From Candidatus Deferrimicrobiaceae bacterium (GTDB lineage: Bacteria > Desulfobacterota > Deferrimicrobia > Deferrimicrobiales > Deferrimicrobiaceae): a DNA stretch of 64,000 nucleotides. Below the pieces are notes generated by a model. It saw only the letters and a program-made list of their open reading frames with translations. It searched no databases and was not told the DNA's origin. A program made the translations under genes and the position numbers. Position 1 is the stretch's first letter. Every line of letters starts with the position of its first letter. Below, piece after piece: positions 20,168 to 29,035 of this stretch. The stretch is from the NCBI GenBank assembly GCA_963725055.1, contig CAVRXE010000004.1, positions 809,234 through 873,233 of the forward strand, in the 5' to 3' direction.

Positions 20168-20200
20168 GGGGGAAGGCCGAAGTCGGTTTCCCCCCTTTTT
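20168..20200 (+). terminator. Intrinsic terminator
   Basis: GGGGGAAGGCCG-AAGT-CGGTTTCCCCCC followed by TTTTT. Confidence 0.6.
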
Positions 20201-20319
20201 ATTCTTTTCGTATCCGGTAGGTAAGGTTTACTTCACTATAATCCCTCGGTTTTCCCAAGAGGCGTAGGCATAATGTATCTAATCACAAAGCAAGTAGTTT
20301 TAATCGGTAGGTTCGATGC

Positions 20320-20715
20320 ATGAATAATAATTCGGAACTTGGAACAAAATATTGCAGAGTCTTTAGAATATCTTTTTATATTAGTATAATCTCGATTATT
20401 TTATCTATCTTAATTATCCTGCCTATCGCGGATATATTAAAAAATCCACCATCATCTGCACATTTAGAAAACATTAAGAACCAGAAAATGTTTTATATAA
20501 AGTATCTCGTTATGCCTTTGCTGGCGATGTTTTTGATGATAATACACTTAATTTTCTTTATTACTTTTAATATTTACCTAAAAAAAATAGTATCAATCAT
20601 TGGTAAGAGTAGTGCATTTTATATAACTATTAATGTATTAACAATGCCACTTGGGAGTATTTATGTATTTTTCAGGATTCGAGAATTAGCAATTGGAAAA
20701 GGATTATGGCATTAG
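20320..20715 (+). CDS. Very AT-rich hypothetical membrane protein (about 3 TM)
   Basis: 131-aa Ile/Phe-rich ORF; base composition far from the host. Confidence 0.6.
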   Translation: MNNNSELGTKYCRVFRISFYISIISIILSILIILPIADILKNPPSSAHLENIKNQKMFYIKYLVMPLLAMFLMIIHLIFFITFNIYLKKIVSIIGKSSAFYITINVLTMPLGSIYVFFRIRELAIGKGLWH

Positions 20716-20951
20716 AAAAAGGGACACCTCTCGTTTATCCTGCCATCGTACTTTGGGGGATAGTCCGACGGCGGGAACACCGACGCCGGTTTCTCTTGAT
20801 CACCGTGCGGATCAACAGCAGAAGGTCGCAAGATGGCTACAAAGAAACGATCCACTCCGAAACAGGCCGCCCCGAAGCGGATCATAGTGACACAGCCGCT
20901 GGTTGTAGCCCCTCGAAGGGACCACGTCAAGCGCAACTGCCTGATTATATA

Positions 20952-21038
20952 TGGTGCCGGAGGAGGGACTTGAACCCTCACGTCCTTGCGGACACGGGAT
21001 TTTGAGTCCCGCGCGTCTGCCAGTTCCACCACTCCGGC
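20952..21038 (-). tRNA. tRNA-Leu(CAA)
   Basis: GCCGGAG acceptor stem; anticodon arm CGGGA-CT-CAA-AA-TCCCG; long variable arm; GGTTCAAGTCC T-arm; encoded CCA. Confidence 0.97.
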
Positions 21039-21159
21039 GTCGTATGGGGGCGCCCCGCCCCGGACATTATTTATACACCGCTTCCATTCCCGATTCCAAC
21101 ACTTCGGAAGTAATTCCAAATCTGTTGAAGGGACGCTCCCGGAACGCCATAATGGGGGC

Positions 21160-21666
21160 ATGAACCTACTCGACCTCCTCCTTGCCGTACTGATCGTCTG
21201 GTTCGCCGTCTCCGGAATCGCCCGGGGCCTCGTCCGGCAGCTCTTCTCCCTCGGGGGCCTGGTCGCCGGACACCTGGCGGGGATCCGGTACTACGCCTTC
21301 GCGCAGGCGAACCTCGGCCTCTCCTTCCAGTACGCCGAGGTGGTCGGTTACGCGGTCGTCTTCCTTGCCACGTATCTCGTGGTCCGGCTGATCGGGGGGC
21401 TGATCGAGGGGCGAGTGCGGAAGTCGAAGCTGTCGGGGTCGGACCGGCTCGCGGGGATGGCGGCGGGGCTTGTGAAAGGCGCGCTGCTCTCGATCCTGAT
21501 CGTGTTCCTGTTGGTGATCCTGCTGCCGCGGGACGCGCGGCTTTTGCGCGAGTCGAAGGCGGCTCCCACGGTCATCGTCGCCGGAAATCGGCTCGCGGCC
21601 GCCTTCCCCGACCGGTTCGGGGAGGCGTTCCGGGAAAAGATACGGGCGATCCGTCCCGCGAAGTAG
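21160..21666 (+). CDS. cvpA: CvpA family membrane protein
   Basis: MNLLDLL..GIARGLVRQLFSL and LSGSDRLAGMAAGLVKG; upstream TTGAAG-N17-CATAAT. Confidence 0.88.
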   Translation: MNLLDLLLAVLIVWFAVSGIARGLVRQLFSLGGLVAGHLAGIRYYAFAQANLGLSFQYAEVVGYAVVFLATYLVVRLIGGLIEGRVRKSKLSGSDRLAGMAAGLVKGALLSILIVFLLVILLPRDARLLRESKAAPTVIVAGNRLAAAFPDRFGEAFREKIRAIRPAK

Positions 21667-21684
21667 CGGCGGGTACGTTGGGCG

Positions 21685-22974
21685 CTACCTTTTCCGGATC
21701 GCCTTCTGCGACGTCTTGATGGCGCACAGATCCGCGCACATCGTGCAGACCGCCTCGTCCGTGGTGGGAAGGGATCCCCCCCGCCAGGCGCTCGCCCGTT
21801 CCGGATCGATGGACAGCGCGATCTGCAACTTCCAGTCCAGCGCGCTGCGCGCATCCGCCATCTTGTTGTCCCGGTCCATCGCCCCGGGGATCCCGCGGGC
21901 GATATCCGCGGCGTGCGCGGCGATCCGGGTGGCGATCACCCCTTCCCTCACGTCCTCCACCGGCGGCAGCCGCAGGTGCTCCGACGGCGTGACGTAGCAC
22001 AGGAAATCCGCACCACTCCACCCGGCGATCGCGCCGCCGATGGCCGAAGTGATGTGGTCGTACCCCGGAGCGATGTCGGTCACCAGAGGGCCGAGGACGT
22101 AGAACGGCGCGCCGTGGCATAGCCGTTTCTGGAGCACCATGTTTGCGGCGATCTGGTGCATCGGGACGTGGCCGGGCCCTTCGACCATCACCTGCACGTC
22201 CTTCGCCCAGGCGCGCTCGGTGAGTTCGCCCAGCGTCATCAATTCGTGGACCTGTGCGCGATCCGTGGCGTCCGCCAGGCACCCGGGACGCAGGCCGTCG
22301 CCCAGGGAGATCGTGATGTCGTACTCCCGGCAGATCGTGAGGAGGCGGTCGTACTGTTCGTAGAACGGGTTCTCCTGACCGTTGAAGTCCATCCACTCCG
22401 CCAGGAGCGACCCGCCGCGGCTGACGATGTCGAGGCGGCGACCCTCCCGGACCAGTCGCTCGACCGACGAGCGGGTCACGCCGCAGTGGACCGTCATGAA
22501 GTCGACCCCTTCGATGGCCTGTTTCTCGATCCCGGCGAAGAAGTCGTCCGCGGTGAGCTCGACCCACGATTTTCCACGCGAGTTGCCGTCGGCCGCGATC
22601 TGGTAGAGGGGGACGGTCCCGATCGGTACGGGGCACTCGGCGAGGATCGCCCGCCGGATCTCGTCGATCGGCCCTCCCGTGGACAGGTCCATCACCGCGT
22701 CGGCCCCGGCCGCCACGGCGGCGCGCATCTTCTCCATCTCCAGCGCGATGTCGGCGTGATCGCGGGAGGAGCCGATGTTCGCGTTCACCTTGATGGTAAG
22801 GCCTTCGCCGACGGCGACGGGCCGGATCTCGCGGCGTTTCCGGTTGCGGGGGATGACGACTCTCCCGGCGGCGATCCGATCCCGGAGCGTCGCGGAGTCC
22901 ACATGTTCAAATTGCGCCGCAAGGGCGATCGCCGGAGGGATCTCCCCCTGCCGCGCGCGATGCATCAACGTCAT
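21685..22974 (-). CDS. thiC: Phosphomethylpyrimidine synthase
   Basis: KVNANIG, MDLSTGG, SLGDGLRPG, EGPGH, YVTPSEHL and CTMCADLC motifs. Confidence 0.98.
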   Translation of the reverse strand: MTLMHRARQGEIPPAIALAAQFEHVDSATLRDRIAAGRVVIPRNRKRREIRPVAVGEGLTIKVNANIGSSRDHADIALEMEKMRAAVAAGADAVMDLSTGGPIDEIRRAILAECPVPIGTVPLYQIAADGNSRGKSWVELTADDFFAGIEKQAIEGVDFMTVHCGVTRSSVERLVREGRRLDIVSRGGSLLAEWMDFNGQENPFYEQYDRLLTICREYDITISLGDGLRPGCLADATDRAQVHELMTLGELTERAWAKDVQVMVEGPGHVPMHQIAANMVLQKRLCHGAPFYVLGPLVTDIAPGYDHITSAIGGAIAGWSGADFLCYVTPSEHLRLPPVEDVREGVIATRIAAHAADIARGIPGAMDRDNKMADARSALDWKLQIALSIDPERASAWRGGSLPTTDEAVCTMCADLCAIKTSQKAIRKR

Positions 22975-23003
22975 GGTGTTCCTTCCTTTCCGTCCGGAAA
23001 ATG

Positions 23004-23032
23004 AAAAACCGCGCCAAGGGGAGACGGCACGG
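23004..23032 (-). terminator. Riboswitch expression-platform terminator
   Basis: Minus strand CCGTGCC-N10-GGCGCGG-TTTTT between the aptamer and the thiC RBS. Confidence 0.65.
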
Positions 23033-23042
23033 CTCGAAGAGG

Positions 23043-23155
23043 ACCACGCTCCCTGCGCCGGTATTACCCGGGTCAGGTTCGACGGGTTGCCCGAAGGGGA
23101 AGGCGCGCACGGCGCGTACCCCCGAGGCTCTCAGCGAAATGCACCCCTGGCGGTT
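23043..23155 (-). ncRNA. TPP riboswitch
   Basis: Minus strand CCAGGGGTGC..GCTGAGA..ACCCGTCGAACCTGACCCGGGTAATACCGGCGCAGGGAG directly upstream of thiC. Confidence 0.93.
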
Positions 23156-23162
23156 GATTTCG

Positions 23163-23192
23163 ATGATACGGCCGTGAGGGCGTGGGTGTCAA
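23163..23192 (-). promoter_or_regulatory. Sigma70 promoter of thiC
   Basis: TTGACA-N18-TATCAT just 5' of the riboswitch. Confidence 0.7.
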
Positions 23193-23209
23193 GGGTGGGC
23201 CCGCGTCCT

Positions 23210-24589
23210 TGTCGCGAGCTCATAATCTGTCCGGTCTTGTAGCACGTGAACTGTCCGGTTCCAATGTTCACTTCCCTGGGAGGTGGGCATGCGACGGACG
23301 GAGCTGCTACAGGAGGTTCGGCAGATGCGATTCGAGGAAGCGTACGGAGGCTGGAAGCGTGGAAGTCTCACGCAGGAGGAAGCCGCACGGATTCTGGGGG
23401 TTTGCGACCGGACGTTTCGCAGGTACACCCAACGGTTTGATGACGGGGGAATGGAGGCGCTGCTGGACAAGAGGATCTCTCAGGCATCGCACCGCCTTGC
23501 GCCGGTGGATGAGGTGATGGCGCTGGCCGAGCGATACCGGAAGCGCTACCGCGGGTGGAATGTTTGCCACTTCCATTCCCACTATCGACGGGACGGAGGA
23601 AGTCGCAGCTACACCTGGGTCAAGAAGTGCCTTCAGAAGGCTGGACTGGTCAAGAAGGCACCCCGGCGAGGCGCCCACCGGAAGCGGCGGGAGCGAGAAC
23701 CTTTGCCCGGCATGATGATCCACCAGGACGGGAGCCGGCACGAGTGGGTGCCGGGGAAGATGTGGGATCTCATCGTCACCATGGATGACGCTACCAACGA
23801 GCATTACTCGATGTTCTTCGTCGAGGAAGAGGGCACCTGGAGCAGTTTCCGCGGTGTCCGGGAAGTCATCGCCCTACACGGCTTGTTCAGCTCTTTTTAC
23901 TCCGATCGGGGATCGCATTACTGGATCACCCCGAAGGCCGGCGGCAAGGTGGACAAGGAGAACCCCACGCAATTCGGACGCGCCATGAAGACGTTGGGCA
24001 TCGAGATGATCCCCGCCTACTCCCCGGAGGCCCGGGGCCGCTCCGAGCGGATGTTCGGAACCCACCAGGACCGGCTGATCAAGGAACTGGCGTTATACGA
24101 GATCACGGACATGGCGGCGGCCAACCGGTACATCGGGGAGGTCTATCTTCCGGAATTCAACAAGGAGTTCATGCAACCGCCCCTGGAGGAAGGATCGGCC
24201 TTCGTTCCGTGGATCGGCGGCAATTCGGATGAGATCCTCTGCGAGCAGTACGACCGGAGCGTCGGAAGGGATAACTGCGTGTCGTTCGAAGGGAAAAAGC
24301 TCCAGATCCCCGCCGACAAGCATCGCTGCCACTACATCAAGGCCAACGTCCGGGTCCACGGATACGAAGATGGTTCCATGGCCATCTTCCACGGGCCACG
24401 GCGACTGGCCGACTACGACAGGGACGGAAAACCGGTGCAGGAGGGAAAAGCCACGGCCAGTGCGTAAAATCCGCTGCGCACCGACAGGGACGGGGAAGCC
24501 GGACAACTTAAAACCGACTTCCCACGGCTAAATCAAAAAGCGGACAATCTATGTGCTACAAAACCGGACAGTTCTATTTGCTTTCAACA
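23210..24589 (+). mobile_element. IS1202-family (former ISNCY) insertion sequence, 1380 bp
   Basis: TGT...ACA ends; about 48-bp imperfect IRs with repeated CTGTCCGG sites; perfect 17-bp direct repeat GGGTGGGCCCGCGTCCT at 23193-23209 and 24590-24606. Confidence 0.92.
23289..24467 (+). CDS. DDE transposase of the IS1202/ISNCY type
   Basis: N-terminal HTH; HQDGSRHEW, TMDDAT, YSDRGSHY and AYSPEARGRSERMFGTHQDRL motifs. Confidence 0.95.
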   Translation: MRRTELLQEVRQMRFEEAYGGWKRGSLTQEEAARILGVCDRTFRRYTQRFDDGGMEALLDKRISQASHRLAPVDEVMALAERYRKRYRGWNVCHFHSHYRRDGGSRSYTWVKKCLQKAGLVKKAPRRGAHRKRREREPLPGMMIHQDGSRHEWVPGKMWDLIVTMDDATNEHYSMFFVEEEGTWSSFRGVREVIALHGLFSSFYSDRGSHYWITPKAGGKVDKENPTQFGRAMKTLGIEMIPAYSPEARGRSERMFGTHQDRLIKELALYEITDMAAANRYIGEVYLPEFNKEFMQPPLEEGSAFVPWIGGNSDEILCEQYDRSVGRDNCVSFEGKKLQIPADKHRCHYIKANVRVHGYEDGSMAIFHGPRRLADYDRDGKPVQEGKATASA

Positions 24590-24674
24590 GGGTGGGCCCG
24601 CGTCCTTTACTTGCCCGGAGGGGGTGGGGTAAACTCTCCCAGTCGCTCATCTCGCATTCCCGGGAGGTTCCGGT

Positions 24675-25790
24675 TTGGCCCGGCCCACGGTGGCGGAGAT
24701 CCGCCTCTCGGCCCTCCGGCACAACGTTCAAGCGATTCGCGCGCTGCTCCCGCAAGGCGTCGGCCTCCTCGGCATCGTGAAGGCGAACGCCTACGGACAC
24801 GGCGCGCTTCCCGTGGCGCGCATCCTCGAATCGGACGGATTCCGGATGCTGGGCGTGGCCACGGTGGAGGAAGGGGTGGAGCTGCGCGAGGGGGGGATCC
24901 GCCTTCCCATCGTCGTGTTGGGGGGTGTCGACTCTCCGCAAGCGGCGGAGGCCCACGCCCACGGCCTTTCGGCGGTCCTTTTCGACTTGGGCCAGATCGG
25001 CGACCTGGCCCGCGCGGCGGATGCGGATGGGCGCCCTTTCCCGGTGCACGTCAAGGTCGACACGGGGATGGGGCGGCTCGGACTGCTCCCGCGGGAGGCC
25101 ATGGAGGCGGCGGGGCGGATCGCGTCGACTCCCGCCCTGCGGCTGGAAGGGTGGATGACGCACCTCTCCTCGGCGGACGGTTCGACGGCGGAAGATCGGG
25201 AGTACACGGCGACGCAGTTGGCCACCTTCCGGGAGACGCTCCCCGCCGTGCGGAAGGCGTTCGGGGACGGTGTCGCCGTCCACGCGCTGAACAGCGCGGG
25301 GATCCTCCGGTTCCGCGAAGAGCCGTTCGATCTCGTCCGGCCCGGCATCTCCATGTACGGCTGCTCCCCCCTCCCTCCCGGCGACGCATCGCCGGACCTT
25401 CGCCCCGTGATGCGGGTCGTCACGAAGGTGATGTCCCTGAAGGAGCTCCCGGCGGGACACGCGGTGAGCTACAACCGGCGGTACCGCTGCGACGGCGCCC
25501 GCAGGATCGCCGTCGTCCCGATCGGGTACGCCGACGGCTACCGCCGGGCGTTGACCGGCCGTGCCCGGATGTCGGTCGCCGGCCATCCCGTCCCCGTCGC
25601 GGGAACGGTGTGCATGGACCACACGATGATCGACGTCACCGGGGTGCCGGGCGTGGCGATCGGGACGGACGTCGAGGTGATGGGGGAGGCGTCGATGGGC
25701 GCGGAGGAGATGGCGCGCGTCTGCGGCACCATCCCGTACGAGGTCCTGACCCAGGTGGGAGCGAGAGTCCCCCGGGTGACCGTTGACTGA
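24675..25790 (+). CDS. alr: Alanine racemase
   Basis: VKANAYGHG, HVKVDTGMGRLG, VRPGI, PIGYADG, VCMD and GTIPYE motifs. Confidence 0.97.
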   Translation: MARPTVAEIRLSALRHNVQAIRALLPQGVGLLGIVKANAYGHGALPVARILESDGFRMLGVATVEEGVELREGGIRLPIVVLGGVDSPQAAEAHAHGLSAVLFDLGQIGDLARAADADGRPFPVHVKVDTGMGRLGLLPREAMEAAGRIASTPALRLEGWMTHLSSADGSTAEDREYTATQLATFRETLPAVRKAFGDGVAVHALNSAGILRFREEPFDLVRPGISMYGCSPLPPGDASPDLRPVMRVVTKVMSLKELPAGHAVSYNRRYRCDGARRIAVVPIGYADGYRRALTGRARMSVAGHPVPVAGTVCMDHTMIDVTGVPGVAIGTDVEVMGEASMGAEEMARVCGTIPYEVLTQVGARVPRVTVD

Positions 25791-26583
25791 CTCCACGGAA
25801 ATAAAGAACGGCGCAACCCGGCTCGCGGAACTCCTCGGGCAGCGGGTCTACGCCATGGTGCTGGACCTGGGGGCGATCTTCACCCTGTTCGTCCAGGTCG
25901 TATCCTGGGTGGTGCGGCCGCCGGCGGAGCTCGGCAACATCGTCAAGCAGATGGAAGAGGTCGGGATCCGGTCGATGCCCGTCGTGCTCGTCACGGCCAC
26001 CTTCACCGGCATGGTCCTCGCGCTGCAGAGCTACTCCGGGTTCCAGCGGTTCGGCGCGACCAGCTTCGTCGGATCGGTCGTCGCGCTTTCCATCACCCGG
26101 GAGCTGGGGCCGGTGTTCGCCGGACTCATGGTCTCCGGCCGGGTCGGGGCCTCGATGGCGGCGGAACTGGGGACGATGAAGGTCACCGAGCAGATCGACG
26201 CCCTGACCACGCTCGCCACCAACCCGGTCAAGTACCTCGTGGTGCCGCGCGTGGTGGCCGCCACGATCGTCCTCCCCGTGCTCGTCGTGTTCGCGGACCT
26301 GCTCGGGATCGTCGGCGGCTACTTCGTCTCCGTCCACCTGCTGGGCGCCAATCCGCACGTGTACGTCGCCAAGACGTACCAGTATCTCCAGTTCAAGGAC
26401 ATCTACACGGGGCTGATCAAGGCCTCGGCCTTCGGGACGCTGATCGCCCTCATCTCGTGCCACCACGGGTTCGTGGCAGAGGGGGGCGCGGAAGGGGTCG
26501 GCCGGGCCACAACGCGGGCCGTCGTGGCGTCCTCCATGATGGTGCTCATCTCGGACTACTTCATGACGTCGTTCATGTTCTGA
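25783..26583 (+). CDS. mlaE: MlaE family ABC permease
   Basis: RELGPV..GRVGASMAAELGTMKVTEQIDAL; GVGRATTRAVV. Confidence 0.95.
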   Translation: MTDSTEIKNGATRLAELLGQRVYAMVLDLGAIFTLFVQVVSWVVRPPAELGNIVKQMEEVGIRSMPVVLVTATFTGMVLALQSYSGFQRFGATSFVGSVVALSITRELGPVFAGLMVSGRVGASMAAELGTMKVTEQIDALTTLATNPVKYLVVPRVVAATIVLPVLVVFADLLGIVGGYFVSVHLLGANPHVYVAKTYQYLQFKDIYTGLIKASAFGTLIALISCHHGFVAEGGAEGVGRATTRAVVASSMMVLISDYFMTSFMF

Positions 26584-26604
26584 CGGGAAAGGTCCGTAGC
26601 CGGC

Positions 26605-27381
26605 GTGATCGCGATCCAGGGTTTGAGCAAGAGCTTCGGGAAAAAGGTGGTCCTCGACGGCCTCGATCTGACCGTGCCGAAGGGACAGAACACCGTCGTC
26701 ATCGGCGGAAGCGGTACGGGCAAGTCGGTCCTCATCAAGTGCGCGGTGGGGCTGCTTCGCCCGGACGCGGGGGAGATCCGGATCGACGGCCACGACATCA
26801 CCCGGATGGACGAGCGGGAACTGGTCCGGGTCCGCCGCAGGTTCGGGATGCTCTTCCAGGGGGCGGCCCTGTTCGACTCGATGGATGTGGGGGAGAACGT
26901 TGCGTTCGTCCTTCGGCGTCTGAAGATGTACCCGGAGCGCCAGATCCGGGAGGTGGTGGAGGAGAAGCTGTCGATGGTCGGGCTGCGGGACATCCAGCGG
27001 CTGATGCCCTCGGAGCTGTCCGGCGGCATGAAGAAGCGCGTGGGGCTGGCCCGGGCGATCGCCTCCGAGCCCGACATCCTGCTGTACGACGAGCCGACGA
27101 CGGGGCTGGACCCGATCATGGCCGACGTCATCAACGACCTGATCATCTCGCTGCGGGAGACGCTCGGGGTGACCTCGATCGCGATCACCCACGACATGGC
27201 TTCCGCCTACAAGATCGCGGATCAGATCGCGATGCTGTACAAGGGGAAGATCATCGAGGTGGGGACGCCGGAGCAGATCCGGACGACGTCGAACCCGGTG
27301 GTCGCCCAGTTCGTGCAGGGGCGCGCGCACGGTCCCATCACCGACGAGAGCGAGGAGTTCGTCCGCTTCGTCAGCCGATGA
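26605..27381 (+). CDS. mlaF: MlaF family ABC ATPase
   Basis: GGSGTGKS, LSGGMKKRVGLARA and YDEPTTGLDP motifs. Confidence 0.95.
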   Translation: MIAIQGLSKSFGKKVVLDGLDLTVPKGQNTVVIGGSGTGKSVLIKCAVGLLRPDAGEIRIDGHDITRMDERELVRVRRRFGMLFQGAALFDSMDVGENVAFVLRRLKMYPERQIREVVEEKLSMVGLRDIQRLMPSELSGGMKKRVGLARAIASEPDILLYDEPTTGLDPIMADVINDLIISLRETLGVTSIAITHDMASAYKIADQIAMLYKGKIIEVGTPEQIRTTSNPVVAQFVQGRAHGPITDESEEFVRFVSR

Positions 27382-27461
27382 TATAGTATCCCCGATCTTC
27401 CGGGGCGAGGAGTCCGGCCGGCAGTTCCGGCCGGGCCGTATTTCAGGAAGGAGCATCGTCG

Positions 27462-28979
27462 ATGTCCAGGGAGGCCCGCGTCGGGATCTTCGTCCTTCTG
27501 GGGCTGATCGTCCTCACGTTCTTCACGTTCAAGGTGAGCAAGTGGGGTCTGATCGCCGAGAAGGGATACCGGCTCACGGTGGACTTCGACACGGCGTCGG
27601 GCCTGGAACCCAAGTCGGACGTGAAGATGGCCGGGGTCCCGATCGGGAAGGTCGAGGAGATCGAGCTGGTCGGAAACCGCGCCCGCCTCCTCCTGCGCAT
27701 TCGTAAGGGGATCCGGATCCCGATCGACTCGGTCGGCTCCATCCAGACGCAGGGCCTCCTCGGCGAGAAATACGTCGAGATCCTCCCGGGCAAGGACGTG
27801 CAGCGCAACCTGCCGGCGGGGGGGCAGGTCGCCAATACCCTGAACCCCGTGAACCTCGACGAGATGATCCGGAAACTTTCGGCGATCGGAGACGACGTCA
27901 AGAAGTTCTCCGATTCGCTCTCTTCCACCTTCGGGACGGAGGAGGGGAAGAAGGCGCTCGGGGACATCCTTCGCGATGTCCAGGCCACCACCGCGGTCCT
28001 GCGGACCGTCGTGACGGGGAACGAACAGCGCTTCGGGCGGATCGTGGCGAACATCGACCGGCTCTCCGCGGATCTTTCCGACATCTCCTCGGCGAACAAG
28101 CAGGACGTCCGCGTGGCCATCGCGAACCTGCGGGCATTCTCCGACACCCTGAAGAACGAGACGCCGGACCTGGTGCGCAAGCTCGAGGAGATGAGCACGG
28201 GGGTGAGCGGCGTCGTCGCGGACAACCGCGAGAACCTGAAGGAGAGCATCAAGAACCTCAAGACCGCCTCCGCGCGCCTCGACAACACGCTGGACGCCGC
28301 CGAGAAGGTGATGGCCAAGATCGACCGCGGCGAGGGGACCCTCGGGATGCTCGTCAACGACAACACGGTCCACGGCTCCCTTACCGACACCCTCGACGGA
28401 GTCAACCGGTACGTCCGGAAATACGACGCGCTGCATATGACGCTGATACCGTGGGTCGAGTACCAGACCAGCACCTCCGACTGGAAGTATTATCTGAACC
28501 TGAAGATCCAGCCCACGGCGGACAAGTATTATCTCCTCGGCGTCGTAAACGATCCGAGAGGGAAGCGCACGGACACCAGCAGCCTCGTCAGCGTCGACGG
28601 GAATCCCCCGGTCGAGACGCGGGTAGTGAGCTTCGAGGACAAGTGGAAGTTCAACGCCTTGCTGGCGAAGCGGTTCTCACGGGTCACGGTCCGCGGCGGC
28701 ATCATGGAGTCCGTCGGGGGAATGGGGCTGGAGTACGACGTGGTGAAGGACCGGTTCAGCGTCGGGGCGGACATCTTCGACTTCAACCGGCCCGATAACC
28801 GCGCGCATTTGAAGCTGTACGGCAATTATGATATCGTCAAAAACCTCTTCATCACGGGCGGGGCGGACGATATCCTGAGCCGGTATACGCAGTTCCGGAC
28901 CTTCTTTATCGGGTTCGGGATCAAGTTCCCCGACGACGACCTGAAGACCGTGTTCGGGGCCGTTCCCATCAAGCCGTGA
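27462..28979 (+). CDS. mlaD: MlaD/MCE family protein with long helical region and beta-rich C-terminal domain
   Basis: EARVGIFV..SGL..VKMAGVPIGKV..QTQGLLGEKYVEI MCE domain. Confidence 0.9.
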   Translation: MSREARVGIFVLLGLIVLTFFTFKVSKWGLIAEKGYRLTVDFDTASGLEPKSDVKMAGVPIGKVEEIELVGNRARLLLRIRKGIRIPIDSVGSIQTQGLLGEKYVEILPGKDVQRNLPAGGQVANTLNPVNLDEMIRKLSAIGDDVKKFSDSLSSTFGTEEGKKALGDILRDVQATTAVLRTVVTGNEQRFGRIVANIDRLSADLSDISSANKQDVRVAIANLRAFSDTLKNETPDLVRKLEEMSTGVSGVVADNRENLKESIKNLKTASARLDNTLDAAEKVMAKIDRGEGTLGMLVNDNTVHGSLTDTLDGVNRYVRKYDALHMTLIPWVEYQTSTSDWKYYLNLKIQPTADKYYLLGVVNDPRGKRTDTSSLVSVDGNPPVETRVVSFEDKWKFNALLAKRFSRVTVRGGIMESVGGMGLEYDVVKDRFSVGADIFDFNRPDNRAHLKLYGNYDIVKNLFITGGADDILSRYTQFRTFFIGFGIKFPDDDLKTVFGAVPIKP

Positions 28980-29035
28980 CGACGCGTTCCGATCCGTAAA
29001 TACCGCATCGCGATACCAAGGAAGGATCCCAGACC

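Noticed and set aside
23170-24640. XerCD/dif site next to the IS1202-type element
   Set aside because: No dif-like 11-6-11 sequence is in either flank, and the DR length does not match the Xer-targeting subgroup
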